A DNA stretch of 41,304 bases from Candidatus Micrarchaeota archaeon. GTDB taxonomy: Archaea > Micrarchaeota > Micrarchaeia > Anstonellales > Bilamarchaeaceae. Position 1 is the first letter of the stretch, and each line of letters begins with the position of its first letter. Location of the stretch: NCBI GenBank assembly GCA_038046805.1, contig JBBSVO010000013.1:1-41304 (forward strand), read 5' to 3'. Under the pieces are notes generated by a model. That model was given only the letters and a program-made list of their open reading frames with translations, did not search any database and was not told the origin of the DNA. Both the position numbers and the translations under genes were made by a program. Below are positions 1 to 9,641 of the stretch, in pieces.

Positions 1-421
1 AAGTCGGAGGCTGGGTATTGCAGACGTAGTCGTATTTTTCATCCGTTTCGTTTGCCTCAACGAATTTTCTTACGACGTTATCAACAACTTCCGGGTCAAG
101 AAGCGGGCAATCCGCTGTAACTCGGACAATCACATCTCCCTTACTGGCGCCGTTTGCCTTTGCAGCCTGATAATACCTGTCAAGCACGTCATTTTCGCTT
201 CCCTGGAAATATCCCACTCCTTCGTCTTTTGCGAATTGAGCGATTTTGTTGTCTGCCTCATTTGTAGTCGTGGCAACAACTATCCTGTTTATGGTTTTTG
301 ATTTTTTGAGCCGCTGGATCACGTGCCATAAAAGCGGTTTTCCATTCAATTCTGCCATTGATTTTCCTGGTAATCTTGTGGAGCCAAGCCTTGCCTGAAG
401 AATCGCGATTATTTGAGTCAT
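1..421 (-). CDS. spsF: SpsF-like cytidylyltransferase (CMP-nonulosonate synthetase family), 3' part outside the window
   Basis: Minus strand from ATG at 421 reads MTQIIAILQARLGSTRLPGK...VVATT...GSENDVLDRY...VRVTADCPLLDP. The start overlaps the upstream stop (ATGA). Not in the ORF track because it is truncated. Confidence 0.88.
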   Translation of the reverse strand, partial: MTQIIAILQARLGSTRLPGKSMAELNGKPLLWHVIQRLKKSKTINRIVVATTTNEADNKIAQFAKDEGVGYFQGSENDVLDRYYQAAKANGASKGDVIVRVTADCPLLDPEVVDNVVRKFVEANETDEKYDYVCNTQPPT

Positions 422-1407
422 TTTATCTTCACCGCCTTCCGGCCGTCTGATGATTTTTTAGCCGCAAGCGCAACCATCAGGGTTTTCTTTCCTTCATATC
501 CGTTAACGAGTGGAGTTTTGTTGTTCCGCACGCAGTCTATAAACTGCTTCATCTCATCAACATACATTTCGTTCGGTTCGCATTTAACGTCAATGGTTTC
601 TGTTTGTTTTGTCGAAGCATCATACACTTCTATTGCGGCTTTCGTGTAATCCCATTTCAGGGTTCCTTTCTCACCAATAAGTTCGCAATTGCGTGCGTAG
701 TCCTGTCTTACAAAATCCATATGAATTTGCGCGATTGAACCGCTTTTGAACTTTAGTGTCATATCTGCGGTGTCCTCGGTTTCCACTTCAAGACTGCTTA
801 CTTTTGCGGCTGTGCAATTGACTTCTGCCACTTCACCCATAAGCCATCTGGCATAATCTATTTCATGTGAATCGTCAAGAATTATCCCGCCACCCATGCT
901 TTTGCTTGCAGTATAGCTTTTCCTATAATCCTGGGTTGGTCTCCAGTTCGGGAGGTATTGACCAAAGAGCAGTCTTGCAGATAGAATCTTCCCAATCTTT
1001 CCGTTATCAATCAGTTCCTTTAGCTTTGCTATTCCTTTGTGAAATCTCAGGTTATATCCAACTGCGATTATTTTCTTCTTTTTTTCCGCTGCATTGAGCA
1101 GCGCGTCTACTCCTTTTCCATCGTGAGAAATCGGCTTTTCCATAAAGACATGTGCCTTGGCTGCCAACGCTTGCTTTGCAATCTGAACATGCAGATGTGG
1201 GGGGGTGCAAACAAGCGCTGCGTCTGGTTTTTCGTTGCGGAGGGCATCCTCTGCCTTTTCGTATGTTTTAATTCCTAAGTTTTCCTCAGCCCATTTTCTG
1301 TTATCCGGAACAATATCTGCACCTATAACCTCTTCTCCAAGTTCCTTGAGGTTTTTTGCATGTCTTCTGCCTATTGAGCCACACCCGATAATAAGAAACT
1401 TCATCAT
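418..1407 (-). CDS. Gfo/Idh/MocA family NAD(P)-dependent oxidoreductase
   Basis: IIGCGSIGRRH Rossmann motif, FMEKP, VGYNLRF, GGGIILDDSHEID. Start moved to ATG 1407/1404, which follows a GTGAT SD-like motif. Confidence 0.9.
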   Translation of the reverse strand: MMKFLIIGCGSIGRRHAKNLKELGEEVIGADIVPDNRKWAEENLGIKTYEKAEDALRNEKPDAALVCTPPHLHVQIAKQALAAKAHVFMEKPISHDGKGVDALLNAAEKKKKIIAVGYNLRFHKGIAKLKELIDNGKIGKILSARLLFGQYLPNWRPTQDYRKSYTASKSMGGGIILDDSHEIDYARWLMGEVAEVNCTAAKVSSLEVETEDTADMTLKFKSGSIAQIHMDFVRQDYARNCELIGEKGTLKWDYTKAAIEVYDASTKQTETIDVKCEPNEMYVDEMKQFIDCVRNNKTPLVNGYEGKKTLMVALAAKKSSDGRKAVKIK

Positions 1408-1435
1408 ATCACTTACAATTCTTTTCGTCAGAGAA

Positions 1436-1442
1436 TTATAAA
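1436..1442. promoter_or_regulatory. TATA box between divergent genes
   Basis: TTATAAA about 23 nt before ATG 1465 (+) and about 29 nt before ATG 1407 (-). Confidence 0.45.
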
Positions 1443-1464
1443 CCTTTCTTCCGAATACCCATAT

Positions 1465-2295
1465 ATGCCCGGACAAGCGAAAGCCGAGAAATCAAAGAAA
1501 CCTGACCGGAACCTTATAATTCATATTCCGGCTTATAATTCGGAAAATTCCATGTCAGACCTTCTAGTTCGGCTCGAAAAATCCGTTTCCGAGTTGAAAA
1601 AAAGCGGAATAACTACAAAACAGGTTATCGTAGTTGATGACGGAAGCACGGACTGCACGGTTAAGGTAATTCGCAGTGCGGAAAAAAGTTCAAATCTTCC
1701 ACTCACGTTAATCCAGAAAAAGAAGAACGAAGGGGCTACTGCTGCGGTTTTGGATGGAATGAAGGCCGCTCTTGACTATATTGATGCGAATGGCCTGCAG
1801 TTATCAAGCACAATTATTCTTCGTATGGATTCAGACCTTGAGCATCAGCCAGAGGATATTGCAAGGGTTCTTGCTCCAGTAGTTTCGGAGGTTGCAGTTG
1901 TTTCCGTTGGATATATTCAGTTCGATTCCCGCAGCGGTCTTTTTGCAAATTTCTTCAATGAAATGGTCGGTCTAAGTGAAAGTTCCCGCCTTGGAATGAA
2001 AATCCCGCAATTCTGCCCAGGTTTCGCAGCATTCCGCGCTGATGTTTTAAAGAAAGTTTTTCCGCAATTGCTTGTCGCAGCGGAGCGGTTCAAAAAAACA
2101 TTCGGGGTAGAAATGGTTACGCTTGATTTTGTCGCGTTAGCACTGGTAAAACTCAAATTCGGTTCAACAATTGAATCCGTGCGGCTCTCACCAATAGACG
2201 ATAAATGGATAAAGAAAATTCCATTAGGGAAGTTATGGAGATATCTCGATTTGCATAAAAAGACGATGGGATTTTTGGAGACATTTACTGTGTGA
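1465..2295 (+). CDS. GT2 family glycosyltransferase
   Basis: IPAYNSE, IVVDDGSTD, NEG and RMDSDLEH (DxD) motifs. Confidence 0.85.
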   Translation: MPGQAKAEKSKKPDRNLIIHIPAYNSENSMSDLLVRLEKSVSELKKSGITTKQVIVVDDGSTDCTVKVIRSAEKSSNLPLTLIQKKKNEGATAAVLDGMKAALDYIDANGLQLSSTIILRMDSDLEHQPEDIARVLAPVVSEVAVVSVGYIQFDSRSGLFANFFNEMVGLSESSRLGMKIPQFCPGFAAFRADVLKKVFPQLLVAAERFKKTFGVEMVTLDFVALALVKLKFGSTIESVRLSPIDDKWIKKIPLGKLWRYLDLHKKTMGFLETFTV

Positions 2296-2755
2296 TGCAC
2301 GCGTACGAAACGCATTCTTTATCTCCGCCCTTTTTAACGAATCCATTCTTCTCAAAAATCTTCTGGGATGGGATATTTCCTGGCTTAACACGCGCGATCA
2401 ATTTTTTTATTCCGAGCCGCGCCGAGATTTTTTTGATTTCCGCGATTGAGGCTATCCCAACTCCTTTTCCCTGAAATTCAGGGGAGATGAGGATATTTGC
2501 TTCGTAAGTTCCGGCATCGCCGTCTTGGTTATCCAGTCTAACTAGGCCGGAATCTTTTCCTTCAAATACAACGATATAAGAATAATTTTTCCTGTTCCGC
2601 AATCGTTTCTCCCAATAATCAGTATGTTCTTCCCATTTTATTTCAGAAGTCTGGAAGCTGTTTGCCCTTACGCTTTGGTCGTTGCGCCATTCAAATATTT
2701 TCTTTATATCCGCTTCTCGCACGGGTCGTAGTTCAATTATCTTTGCTTCATTCAT
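2285..2755 (-). CDS. pseH: GNAT N-acetyltransferase, PseH-like
   Basis: IFEWRND..VR..SF...I.WEEH..W N-terminus, FQGKGVG acetyl-CoA motif, N..S.K.FEK.GF; lies next to pseI. Confidence 0.75.
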   Translation of the reverse strand: MNEAKIIELRPVREADIKKIFEWRNDQSVRANSFQTSEIKWEEHTDYWEKRLRNRKNYSYIVVFEGKDSGLVRLDNQDGDAGTYEANILISPEFQGKGVGIASIAEIKKISARLGIKKLIARVKPGNIPSQKIFEKNGFVKKGGDKECVSYACITQ

Positions 2756-3795
2756 TCTACCATGCTCCGTTCCAAAGGAGTTCCTTTTTTCAAATCCTTT
2801 TTAGCTACCTTACCGAGCATTTCCTCATAGTGCCTTGGATGAAGGCCATTTCCAGGCCTGACAACGCGTATGTTTTCAGTAGTGAATTTATCTCCTTTCT
2901 TCATATCCTTGGCTACAAAAATAGACCTCATGGCAAACAGGTGTTTCTTTGTTTTCTCTCCAAGTTCGTATGTCACTTTTCCAAGAGCTTCTTCAGTTTC
3001 CCTGATTGCCGTCACCATGCTTTTGAATTCTGCAGGTTCAAGCGAAAATTCCACATCTGGTCCGCCAAGCTTACGATCAAGTATAAAGTGTTTTTCCACT
3101 ACTTTAGCGCCAACCGCAACTGCTGCCACTGCAACATTTGGATTCATGCTATGGTCTGAAAGACCTGCAACTACGCCGAATCTTTTGGCAATGTCGGGTA
3201 TGGTAAGCAGGTTCATTTCATTAAGCGGAGCAGGATACGCGCTTGTACACTTAAGAAGGATTATCTGCTCGTTTTTCTGCCCGCGAATCGTCTGCACGGC
3301 CAGTTCTATATCAGAGAGTGTCGCCACTCCAGTCGAAACCAGGATTGGCTTCTTCAGCCTTGCAGTATATTTTATCAGCGGAATATGGTTTATTTCAAAT
3401 GATGCAATCTTGTATGCAGGAACATCAAGTTTTTCAAGGAAATCAACTGCAGTTTCGTCAAACGGAGAAGAAAAGAATTCCAATCCCTCTTTTTTTGCCC
3501 TGTCCTGAAGCTCTGGAAACCAATCCCAGGGCGTATATGCCTCCTTGTAAAGATCATGGAGTGTTCGTCCATTCCAAAGTGTTCCTTTTATGCGAAAATG
3601 TTCGTTGTCCACGTCAAGCGTTATTGTGTCGGGAGTATACGTCTGAAATTTTACCGCGTCAGCTCCAGCTACCTTTGCTTCCCCTATCATCTTTAACGCA
3701 AGGTCTTTTTTCTGGAGGTGATTGCAGGATATTTCTGCAATTATGAAGACGGGTTTTCCTTCACCGATTCTTTTGCTTCCAATAGTGATTGTCAT
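2752..3795 (-). CDS. pseI: Pseudaminic acid synthase (NeuB/PseI family, with C-terminal SAF domain)
   Basis: FIIAEISCNH, DAVKFQTYTPDTIT, YKIASFE, LLKCTSAYPAP, GLSDHS, EKHF, RPGNGLHP. Probable ATG at 3795 after AGGTG. Confidence 0.92.
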   Translation of the reverse strand: MTITIGSKRIGEGKPVFIIAEISCNHLQKKDLALKMIGEAKVAGADAVKFQTYTPDTITLDVDNEHFRIKGTLWNGRTLHDLYKEAYTPWDWFPELQDRAKKEGLEFFSSPFDETAVDFLEKLDVPAYKIASFEINHIPLIKYTARLKKPILVSTGVATLSDIELAVQTIRGQKNEQIILLKCTSAYPAPLNEMNLLTIPDIAKRFGVVAGLSDHSMNPNVAVAAVAVGAKVVEKHFILDRKLGGPDVEFSLEPAEFKSMVTAIRETEEALGKVTYELGEKTKKHLFAMRSIFVAKDMKKGDKFTTENIRVVRPGNGLHPRHYEEMLGKVAKKDLKKGTPLERSMVE

Positions 3796-3818
3796 GGTTT
3801 GCACCTGTTTCCATATTC

Positions 3819-4958
3819 TTATTTACTTACACTTTCCTTTACTGCTTTTATTACGGTTTCTACATCCTCATCCTTTATTGAATGGAACATCGGAATTGAA
3901 ACAATCCGCGAATAAATTTCTTCGGTTACCGGGTAATCTTTCGGGTTTATTCCGAACTGCTTGTAATAGCTGAATTTGTAAATTGGAATGTAATGAACGT
4001 TTACGCCAATCCCGTTTGCGCGCATTTTGGAAAAAAACAAGTCCCGGTCTATTCCTTTTCCCACCAAAATCGTATACAAGTGCCATGCATGGCGGACATT
4101 TGATTTTACATGTTGAGGCGTAACCAAATCTGCCGTAGCCCCTGTTCCAGCAAACGCTTCCGCGTACATCTTCGCAACTGCTTCGCGCCTCTTCAAAAAT
4201 TCATCCGCTTTTTTCAATTGAGAAATTCCGAGTGCGCACTGGAAATCCGTAATGCGATAATTCCGTCCAAGTATTTTCATATCATAAACATATGTTGCCC
4301 GCTCGCTTGGCGTCTTGTCTATTCCGTGATTTCTAAGGAGTTTGAGCCTGGTACGAAACTCTTCGTTCTCTGTTGCTACTGCCCCGCCCTCGCCCGTAGT
4401 AATATGTTTTACCGGGTGAAAACTGAACGCAGTCATATCTGCAAGTGAACCAACGCGCTTCCCGGAATATTCAGCCCCTAAAGCATGACAAGCATCTTCA
4501 ATCAGCATGAGGCCATGATCTTCCGCAATCTCTTTAATCTCCTTTATGTCGCACGGATGCCCGGCATAATCCACGTAAATTATTGCCTTTGTTTTCTTTG
4601 TTATTTTTTTCAGAATTTGTTCCGGATCAATATTATACGTCTGCGGGTCAATATCTGCGAATACGGGTTTGCATCCGTTATATAACACGCAATTCGCATC
4701 AGCTGAAAAAGTAAACGGGGTAGTTATTATCTCGCTTCCTGGCGGCAATTCCAATGCTCCAACTGCAATATCAAGCGCGCTTGTGCCGGAATTTACAGCA
4801 ACACAGTGTTTTGTTCCAACATAGCTGGCGAGCGCATCTTCAAACTCACCAACCTTTGGTCCGGTTGTGAGGAAATCGCTCCCGAGCACTTCCGTAACCG
4901 AGCGGATATCTTCCTCATCGATAGTTTGACGCCCATATGGAATATTCTTGTTGGCCAT
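3819..4958 (-). CDS. pseC: UDP-4-keto-6-deoxy-HexNAc aminotransferase (DegT family, PseC-like)
   Basis: IPYGRQTI, LTTGP, NSGTSAL, IEDACHALGA, FSFHPVKHITTGEGG (PLP Lys), NYRITDFQCALG. Confidence 0.9.
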   Translation of the reverse strand: MANKNIPYGRQTIDEEDIRSVTEVLGSDFLTTGPKVGEFEDALASYVGTKHCVAVNSGTSALDIAVGALELPPGSEIITTPFTFSADANCVLYNGCKPVFADIDPQTYNIDPEQILKKITKKTKAIIYVDYAGHPCDIKEIKEIAEDHGLMLIEDACHALGAEYSGKRVGSLADMTAFSFHPVKHITTGEGGAVATENEEFRTRLKLLRNHGIDKTPSERATYVYDMKILGRNYRITDFQCALGISQLKKADEFLKRREAVAKMYAEAFAGTGATADLVTPQHVKSNVRHAWHLYTILVGKGIDRDLFFSKMRANGIGVNVHYIPIYKFSYYKQFGINPKDYPVTEEIYSRIVSIPMFHSIKDEDVETVIKAVKESVSK

Positions 4959-4978
4959 TTTATGTACCCCCCGCGTTG

Positions 4979-5374
4979 TTAATCTTCGAAAGCATACTTT
5001 ATCGTGTCTTCAATGTCGTGCGAATCCGAGAACACAACCAGCATTGCATCTTCTTTCCCAATGTTTTTTATTGCATGGGCAATGCCTGGCAGTATCTCCA
5101 GTATCGGCACGTTTTTTCCGTTATTTGTTAGTTGAACCGAACTCCTTTTGTTGGTTTTGGTATCCGCGAGAGTTACCTCGACCACCCCAGTCACCACGAA
5201 TATCTGCTCTTTCTTATGTTCATGGTAATGTTTTGCCCTGGTTTTTCCTGGTTTTATGGAAACCAGATAGCTGTGCGCAGGTCTGCTGCCGATTCCAAAA
5301 TCCCGCTCGGAATAAAGTTCCACAAGAAAGCCGTCGTCGCGGTGCTTAATTTCCCTGGTTTGCGGAATATTCAT
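4979..5374 (-). CDS. Cupin-fold sugar epimerase/isomerase (WxcM/FdtA/RmlC-like)
   Basis: DDGFLVE, PGKTRAKHYH...E, ILPGIAHAIKN cupin motifs. Confidence 0.75.
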   Translation of the reverse strand: MNIPQTREIKHRDDGFLVELYSERDFGIGSRPAHSYLVSIKPGKTRAKHYHEHKKEQIFVVTGVVEVTLADTKTNKRSSVQLTNNGKNVPILEILPGIAHAIKNIGKEDAMLVVFSDSHDIEDTIKYAFED

Positions 5375-5422
5375 AAATATTATACGCCGTGCCGTATTTT
5401 AAACCATTATTTACATTATTAA

Positions 5423-6586
5423 ATGCGTGTAACTATGTCCAAACGACTTGATTCAATTGCTAATTCTGCGACAATGCAGATGAAAGAAAGGGTAAATGCG
5501 ATTAAGGCCAGTGGCGCCAAAATAGCAGACTTAACAGTTGGCGAATCGGATTTCGATACTCCCGAAGTGGTAAAGCAAGCGGCAATCGAAGCCATTAACA
5601 AGAATTTTACCCGTTATACGAGCGCAAGCGGTATCCCTGAACTAAGGAAGGAACTTTCGCAGTTTTTGAAGAGTCATAACAAAATCGATGCCAGTCTGGT
5701 TGGCCCAGACAACGTTCTCGTAACTCCGGGCGCAAAACAGGGTTTATTCTACATTCTCGCATCTCTTCTGAATGAAGAGGATGAGGTAATCATCCCAGAA
5801 CCCTGCTGGGTTAGTTACGGAGATATTACTAAGGTAAACGGCGGGGCCCCGGTTTTTGTCCAAAGTTCGGAAAAAAGCAGCTTTATCCCGCAAATTTCAG
5901 ATATCCGATTTGCGATGACAAGGCGAACGCGTGCCATACTGATAAACAACCCTGTAAATCCAACAGGTGCGTTTTATGAAAAAGAATACATCCGGGAGCT
6001 CGTGGAGCTGTGCGACGAGCGGGGTATTCCACTTATTTCTGACGAAATCTATTCCGACATCATGTTCGAAGACAATACATTCTATTCTGCAATGGAAACA
6101 AAAAGTCCTAATGTAATCCTGCTAAGCGGGCTTTCAAAAACTGCGGCAATGACTGGATGGCGTCTTGGTTATGTCGTAGCGGAAAACAAATTAATCCGAG
6201 ATTGTTTGAAGCTGCAACAACAAACCGCAACCTGCCCCTCATCAATAACCCAATATGCTGCAATTGCTGCATTGAGAAACTACGAAAGTTATTTCCCAAA
6301 AATGCTGGTGGAATATAAAAAACGCAGAAGAATGCTGGTTGACGGAATACGCAATACCTCAAAATTCAGTTGTTTTGAGCCAAAGGGCGCGTTCTATGTT
6401 TTCATGAATATCTCCAAGTTAGGCGTTTCTTCGGAAGAGGCAACCTCTCTCCTGCTTGAAAAGGCGCAGGTGGCATCTGTTCCGGGCTCTGCATTTGGGA
6501 AAAGCGGAGAAGGTTACGTGCGGTTATCATTTGCAACAAGCGAGGCGAATATCGAACTTGCATTATCAAATCTGGCAAATCTGTGA
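5423..6586 (+). CDS. Class I/II PLP-dependent aminotransferase (aspartate aminotransferase-like)
   Basis: VGESDFDTP, YTSASGIPELR, NNPVNPTG, ISDEIY, LSKTAAMTGWRLGY, GAFY, VRLSFA. Alternative start at 5435. Confidence 0.92.
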   Translation: MRVTMSKRLDSIANSATMQMKERVNAIKASGAKIADLTVGESDFDTPEVVKQAAIEAINKNFTRYTSASGIPELRKELSQFLKSHNKIDASLVGPDNVLVTPGAKQGLFYILASLLNEEDEVIIPEPCWVSYGDITKVNGGAPVFVQSSEKSSFIPQISDIRFAMTRRTRAILINNPVNPTGAFYEKEYIRELVELCDERGIPLISDEIYSDIMFEDNTFYSAMETKSPNVILLSGLSKTAAMTGWRLGYVVAENKLIRDCLKLQQQTATCPSSITQYAAIAALRNYESYFPKMLVEYKKRRRMLVDGIRNTSKFSCFEPKGAFYVFMNISKLGVSSEEATSLLLEKAQVASVPGSAFGKSGEGYVRLSFATSEANIELALSNLANL

Positions 6587-6601
6587 CGGAGTCCTGGTAA
6601 A

Positions 6602-6976
6602 ATGGGAATTCGGAATCCTGTTAGTGTTCGTGGCATAGGAATTGATGTAGAGTCCATCTCTCGTTTCAGGAAACCAGAAACAATGAAAGCTGGTTTTGTG
6701 AAAAAGACATTTACTGGTAAGGAGCTTGCGTATTGCAATTCAAAGCGTGATCCCGCTCCCTCACTCGCTGCGAGATATGCGGCAAAAGAAGCACTCTTTA
6801 AGGCATTCAGCGGCATGGGCGTTAAATGTCCTGGATATAACAATATTGAAATTCTAAATAAAGAGAACGGCGCCCCAATCGTTAGGATTATTAAGGAGGG
6901 ATATGCTAAATTCAATATTCTTGTCAGTCTTTCACACAGCGGGGATATGGCAATCGCTTTTGTAATAATAACCTGA
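6602..6976 (+). CDS. acpS: Holo-ACP synthase (4'-phosphopantetheinyl transferase)
   Basis: GIGIDV, FT..E..Y, ARYAAKEALFKA, G.P and VSLSHS signatures. Confidence 0.92.
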   Translation: MGIRNPVSVRGIGIDVESISRFRKPETMKAGFVKKTFTGKELAYCNSKRDPAPSLAARYAAKEALFKAFSGMGVKCPGYNNIEILNKENGAPIVRIIKEGYAKFNILVSLSHSGDMAIAFVIIT

Positions 6977-6994
6977 GTTGTTTGGGTAATCTCC

Positions 6995-8056
6995 ATGAAA
7001 AAAGTCAATATTCTTGAAACTACTTTGCGCGACGGAAGTTACGCAGTAAATTATTCCTTCACTGCTCTGGATACTGCTACAATTTCCAGGCAGTTGGAAC
7101 TGGCAGGCTTCGAATATATCGAAATAGGTCATGGTGTTGGTTTCAATGGAAGCACCAAAGGTTATGGCAAGGCTGTTGCAACAGACGAAGAATACCTGAT
7201 TGCTGCGAAAGGTGCTCTGAAAAATTCAAAATTCGGAATGTTTTGCATTCCAGGAATTGCAGAAGTTGAAAACATTGACATGGCCCACAAGCATGGAATG
7301 AGTTTTGTAAGAGTAGGGACAAACGTAACCGAAATCCCGAAATCCGAGGACTTCATAAAGCGTGCAAAGGACTGTGGAATGTTCGTTGCTGCCAATTATA
7401 TGAAATCATACGCGCTTCCTCCAAGAAAATTCGCTGAAAATGTTCTTCTTTCTGAAAAATACGGGGCGGATATGGTTTATCTGGTTGATTCAGCTGGAGG
7501 AATGTTTACGGAAAACGTTCTTGAATATTATAATGCAATTCGCTCTGTTTCTGATATTCCGGTTGGTTTCCATGGACATGATAATCTTGGTCTTGCAATT
7601 GCGAATAGCATCGCGATAGCAGAAGCAGGCGCTTCCTTCGTAGATTCTTCGCTTCAGGGGCTTGGAAGAAGTTCTGGAAATGCCACCACTGAGATTCTTG
7701 TTGCGGCACTGATGAAAAAAGGCTATGCGCTTGGGATAGACTTTATAAAAACTCTTGAGCTAGGGCAGAAATACATAAATCCGATTCTGCCATTTAAGGG
7801 CAAAATGCCGCTTGATATCGTTTCAGGCTATGCTGATTTCCATTCAAGTTATATGCACAAGATAGAGAAATATTCCGTGAAATATTCGATCAATCCATGC
7901 ATTCTCATCATAGAGCTTTGCAAGGTGGACCGGGTAAATGCCAGTGATGAGGTCCTGGAGAAAATCGCCCAGCGAATAAAAAAAGACGAAGAGTTCTATC
8001 TTGCAAAATACGATTTTGGAAAGTATGTCGGCGGGGAGCAGGATGAGCTTAAATAA
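6995..8056 (+). CDS. 4-hydroxy-2-oxovalerate aldolase-like protein (DRE-TIM; DmpG/MhpE family)
   Basis: ETTLRDGSY, IEIGHGVG, YLVDSAG, GFHGHDNLGLAIANS, GLGRSSGN. Confidence 0.85.
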   Translation: MKKVNILETTLRDGSYAVNYSFTALDTATISRQLELAGFEYIEIGHGVGFNGSTKGYGKAVATDEEYLIAAKGALKNSKFGMFCIPGIAEVENIDMAHKHGMSFVRVGTNVTEIPKSEDFIKRAKDCGMFVAANYMKSYALPPRKFAENVLLSEKYGADMVYLVDSAGGMFTENVLEYYNAIRSVSDIPVGFHGHDNLGLAIANSIAIAEAGASFVDSSLQGLGRSSGNATTEILVAALMKKGYALGIDFIKTLELGQKYINPILPFKGKMPLDIVSGYADFHSSYMHKIEKYSVKYSINPCILIIELCKVDRVNASDEVLEKIAQRIKKDEEFYLAKYDFGKYVGGEQDELK

Positions 8057-9641
8057 TGGAAAGGATTTGGGCGATGCAAACGGCATAACCACATATAGGG
8101 AAGAGCGTTTCTCTTCCCGTTTGTCGCAGAGTGGCGACTCTGCTCCATCCCTGAAAACTGTTTTCCTGGCTAATTGGGACCAGCCATTCATTTTTGATGC
8201 ACTTAATGGGAGAGAACGTGCGGTAACCTATGGCGAATTTTTACATCTTTCAATCCAGCTTGGCAAAATGCTTGAAACATTTCGTGTAGACCGCGGAAAC
8301 ACGATATGCGTAATGATGAATAATTCTGTTGAACTTGCTGAGACTTATCTTGCCTCGCTTATTTCCGGAATAGTTGTTGTTCCGCTTGATCCGCTTAAGG
8401 GAGAAAACGAGGTAAAGGAAATACTTTCTTATGCTGGCCATAAACTGACTTTGTGCAATTTCACTGGCGGGCTTTCGGACATCGCTGACAAGAAGCCGAT
8501 AATTAAGATAAAATCGTTTAGTGATTACGCAGATTCTGATATCCTTTCCGATAAAAAAGATCTCGGGATACTGGATAACATCGATGCTGGAAAGCCATTT
8601 CTCAATACTTTCACTTCCGGTTCAACAGGGGTTCCAAAAGGAGTGATTCATTCATTCAGGAATGTGTATTTGACTTCAATTGCGTTCGCAAAGCGGTTCA
8701 ATTTCAACTCCGGCAGCGTTTTCTATCATAATCTTCCCATGACATATATGGCCGGAATATTGAATCTTTTTTTCATGCCCATGATTTGCGGAAGCAAGGT
8801 CGTTGTTGGAGAAAGATTCGGAATCGCAGCAATGCCAAGATTCTGGGATTTTCCGATAAAATACTCTGCGAATACCTTTTGGTTCATTCCTGCGATGTTA
8901 GCGCTTTTGATGAAGCTTGACCGCGGAAGTAGCGGGGTTGAATATGCGAAAAGAACTGTTATCACGGGTTTGGTTGGAACCGCACCGCTCAACCAGAAAT
9001 TAAGAAGGGATTTTGAAAAGCGATATGGAATTCCGCTTTATGAAAGCTACGGGCTTTCCGAAACCCTGTTTGTTTCAACAAACTCCCCCAAAGGGGTTGC
9101 CGGAGGAAGCGGGGATGGAGTTGGAAAACCGCTTGATATGGTAGAATTGAATTTTCAAGAAGACAAGGAAATATCTATCGGAGTTCCATGGATGTTTTTG
9201 GGCTATAGTAACGTAGATGCAAAGCAGTCCTTTTCTGGAGAGAAATTTTTATCCGGAGATCTGGGTGAATTCGAAAGTTCCAGCGGGTTTCTGAAAATCA
9301 CAGGAAGAAAAAAAGACCTTATAATACGAGGCGGAATCAATATAAGCCCAAGAAGGACTGAGGAATTTGTTGCGCATTCGGATCTTTTTGAGGAAAGCGC
9401 GATAATCGGTGCGGAAGATGCGAATCTTGGAGAGAAGACCATTTGCTTTTTTGTTCCGCGGAAAGGCGTTTACAGTGAAGATGCGAGAAAGCAACTTAAT
9501 CGGGACATTATTGAAAAACTCGGAAAAGATTATCAGGTTGACGAGTTTGTTGAGCTTCAGGAAATTCCAAAGAACATAAACGGAAAGGTAGATAAGCCAA
9601 AGCTTAGGAAAATCTACAAATCGGGTCGTGGGGCGGAATAA
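8043..9641 (+). CDS. ANL-superfamily adenylate-forming enzyme (acyl/aminoacyl-ACP or CoA ligase)
   Basis: FTSGSTGVPKG, SYGLSET, SGDLG, GRKKDLIIRGG, PKNINGKVDK. ATG 8043 follows GGAG. Confidence 0.9.
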   Translation: MSLNNGKDLGDANGITTYREERFSSRLSQSGDSAPSLKTVFLANWDQPFIFDALNGRERAVTYGEFLHLSIQLGKMLETFRVDRGNTICVMMNNSVELAETYLASLISGIVVVPLDPLKGENEVKEILSYAGHKLTLCNFTGGLSDIADKKPIIKIKSFSDYADSDILSDKKDLGILDNIDAGKPFLNTFTSGSTGVPKGVIHSFRNVYLTSIAFAKRFNFNSGSVFYHNLPMTYMAGILNLFFMPMICGSKVVVGERFGIAAMPRFWDFPIKYSANTFWFIPAMLALLMKLDRGSSGVEYAKRTVITGLVGTAPLNQKLRRDFEKRYGIPLYESYGLSETLFVSTNSPKGVAGGSGDGVGKPLDMVELNFQEDKEISIGVPWMFLGYSNVDAKQSFSGEKFLSGDLGEFESSSGFLKITGRKKDLIIRGGINISPRRTEEFVAHSDLFEESAIIGAEDANLGEKTICFFVPRKGVYSEDARKQLNRDIIEKLGKDYQVDEFVELQEIPKNINGKVDKPKLRKIYKSGRGAE

